Source: a virus (lineage: Duplodnaviria; Caudoviricetes). From it: 64,000 bases of DNA. Shown piece by piece: positions 63,769-64,000 of the stretch. How positions within the stretch are numbered: position 1 is the stretch's first letter; each line of letters opens with the position of its first letter. Under the pieces are notes generated by a model. It searched no databases. It was given only the letters and a program-made list of their open reading frames with translations, and had not been told where the DNA came from. The translations under genes and the position numbers were made by a program. The stretch lies in the IMG/VR virus record IMGVR_UViG_3300021408_000002, positions 6,249-70,248 of that record; one strand, given 5' to 3'.

Positions 63769-64000
63769 GCTCCGACGAAAACCGCTCGAAACCTCCCAGA
63801 AATGCGTCAAACCGCCGTGCTACGCGCAGAATAGGCCATCTACCAGCCGTTACGTACCGTCCTACGCTACGCCAACGGACCGTAAAAGGCTGTGGAAAGT
63901 GAAGGGGACGCGCCCCTTCCCTGGCCTCCTTCGATGCGAGACCGGTGCGAAACGTCCTGCGAAACGGAAACCGCAACGACGCGACCGCGGAAGAGACGGT

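Noticed and set aside
1-64000. Stop-codon reassignment suggested by the release-factor-like gene
   Set aside because: Core genes are intact under code 11, all three stops are used at gene ends, and no suppressor tRNA is visible.

Overview
The window is a high-GC tailed-phage (siphovirus-type) genome segment, most likely from an actinobacterial host. Support for that host: WhiB regulators, DUF1360, an LPxTG-like surface protein and many TANNNT-N6-start leaderless promoters. Layout: (1) + strand early/accessory genes at 1-13851 (HNHs, DEDDh exonuclease, HIRAN, SSB, GGQ release-factor domain). (2) A long - strand virion block from 51829 to 13777: portal, protease, hexamer and pentamer capsid proteins, adaptor, tail tube, chaperones with a -1 frameshift, a 2261-aa tape measure, minor tails, M15 endolysin and membrane proteins, a beta-helix tail fibre, a glycosyltransferase cassette, and finally TerS/TerL. 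(3) A + strand block at 53427-57280 (WhiB, VRR-NUC, NDT-like, HNH, DNA MTase). (4) A - strand block at 63143-57413 (TylF MTase, ASCH, RHH). No integrase, polymerase, primase, helicase, tRNA or CRISPR array is visible. The stand-out observation is two class-1 inteins that lack an in-frame homing endonuclease. Each instead carries a complete, separately expressed endonuclease gene inside its coding sequence in another reading frame. One is a same-strand HNH in the TerL intein. The other is an antisense HTH + DUF559/Vsr-like nuclease in the intein of a 102-aa unknown protein. TerL also needs a -1 shift at G-GGA-AAA to complete its Walker A motif. A ~350-nt gene-free, highly base-paired region (52085-52440) is a candidate ncRNA. 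All assignments come from motif recognition by eye; no searches were run. Several broken junctions could be assembly errors.
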